In this document: piece after piece, positions 62,348 through 63,111 of the stretch
Position numbering within the stretch: position 1 is the first letter of the stretch
How the letters are laid out: every line of letters starts with the position of its first letter
NCBI GenBank assembly: GCA_945788675.1
Contig: CALZMY010000204.1
Span: 1 to 63,111, forward strand
Direction: 5' to 3'
DNA length: 63,111 nt
Source of the DNA: an uncultured Gammaproteobacteria bacterium
GTDB lineage: Bacteria > Pseudomonadota > Gammaproteobacteria > SZUA-140
Position numbers and translations under genes: made by a program
Notes under the pieces: generated by a model
What the model saw: the letters and a program-made list of their open reading frames with translations, nothing else
The model's database searches: none
Told to the model about the DNA's origin: nothing

Positions 62348-63010
62348 TTATTCATCAAGCCTGCGCCAGACACGGCGCTTCACAAAATAGAGCAGCACGG
62401 TTAACAGCACCAGGTAGGCGATCACATAATAGCCGAGGCTTTTTCGCTCTGCGGCATGAGGGTCGGCGGCCCATGAGAGAAACGCTACGATATCGGATGC
62501 CTGTTGATAGATCGCTTCGCGGTCGCGTGCTTCCTCAACATAGGAGATACCCAGCGGATCGGCCATCCGGGTGCCGGGGAAATAGCGGTTTATGGCATTA
62601 CCTTCCGGGGTCTCTTCGAAACCGAGCAGGAACGAATAGATGTAGCGTTCGCCACCGCGGCGGGCCCTGGTGATCAGGCTCAGGTCGGGCGGTATCATGC
62701 CGAACATCCCCTGTCGCGTGTTAGCGTCCATCATACTCAGTACGGCATCCTCCAGTTCGTTCTCGCCGCGCAAAGATGACAGCTGTTCCTCTGTAAAGCC
62801 GATCTCGACCAGATGCCGATATTTGACATACTTCAGATCGTGGCACAGCAGGCACTTGCCCTGTACAAGTTCCGCGCCACGTTGCAATGCGGCAGCGCTG
62901 TGATCGATGTTGAGATCGAGCAGTGGGGGCAGGGGTGATGAAGCGCTTGCCGTGAACGGCGCAATAGTGCAGACGACAGCGATAATAACTCTGGCAATCA
63001 CGTATTTCAT
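62348..63010 (-). CDS. petC: Cytochrome c1 subunit of the ubiquinol-cytochrome c reductase.
   Basis: Signal peptide, haem motif CLLCHD preceded by LQRGAELV, PPDLSLITRAR, and a C-terminal TM anchor YVIAYLVLLTVLLYFV. Confidence 0.85.
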   Translation of the reverse strand: MKYVIARVIIAVVCTIAPFTASASSPLPPLLDLNIDHSAAALQRGAELVQGKCLLCHDLKYVKYRHLVEIGFTEEQLSSLRGENELEDAVLSMMDANTRQGMFGMIPPDLSLITRARRGGERYIYSFLLGFEETPEGNAINRYFPGTRMADPLGISYVEEARDREAIYQQASDIVAFLSWAADPHAAERKSLGYYVIAYLVLLTVLLYFVKRRVWRRLDE

Positions 63011-63111
63011 GGCAGCAGATCACACTTTTTTGCATCCAGCAGGCACTGCAGTTCCGGGGGCAGCCCGCGTTTGATCAGCCATCGATCCTCGATACGGGAG
63101 ACAACGGGCAA
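63007..63111 (-). CDS. Partial CDS, probably the C-terminus of cytochrome b (petB). The N-terminus lies beyond the right edge.
   Basis: An open minus-strand frame (...LPVVSRIEDRWLIKRGLPPELQ...) ends in a TGA that overlaps the petC ATG (ATGA). The assignment rests mainly on petA-petB-petC synteny. Confidence 0.45.
   Translation of the reverse strand: MPVVSRIEDRWLIKRGLPPELQCLLDAKKCDLLP

Overview
63.1-kb chromosomal segment with gammaproteobacterial gene order, holding about 60 protein genes. I found no rRNA, tRNA, CRISPR array, transposase, integrase or phage genes. All calls come from reading the ORF translations and the DNA by eye; no similarity search was run. DUF and family names are recollections of family signatures.

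Layout:
- 0-8 kb: small conserved genes of unknown function (creA, DUF1499-, DUF3820-, UPF0149- and DUF3025-like, bolA), a stand-alone cNMP-binding protein, an orphan CheW fused to a C-terminal globin, a CPBP protease and a PilZ protein.
- 8-22.5 kb: recN-nadK on the minus strand, then a perfect CIRCE operator followed by hrcA-grpE, dnaK-dnaJ, dapB, carAB and greA.
- 22.5-23.6 kb: an AT-rich scar where a 5'-truncated GNAT gene and the 3' end of an EAL gene abut.
- 23.6-41.6 kb: a consolidated glycogen/hexose-phosphate cluster (zwf-pgl, small Cys-rich gene, glgA-glgB, glgC-GH57-malQ-glgP, pgm, pgi-glk).
- 41.7-63.1 kb: PPIase, yciI-yciB, yciV, yciO, M50 protease, trpS, scpAB, rluB, an Endo III-like gene, a DUF4382-type lipoprotein, ChaN-PDZ, putA, an Mth938-like gene, aminotransferase-hom-thrC, and the end of a petABC operon.

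Most unusual observations:
1. The CheW-globin fusion.
2. Five nested-palindromic intergenic elements between 49.8 and 58.5 kb that share sequence modules. Two of them fill divergent promoter regions.
3. The gene-fragment scar immediately upstream of the carbohydrate cluster.
4. The unusually complete co-location of glycogen and glucose-6-phosphate genes, including a GH57 enzyme and a small Cys-rich Rho_N/SAP-like protein.

I see no recognisable defence, toxin-antitoxin or secretion system.
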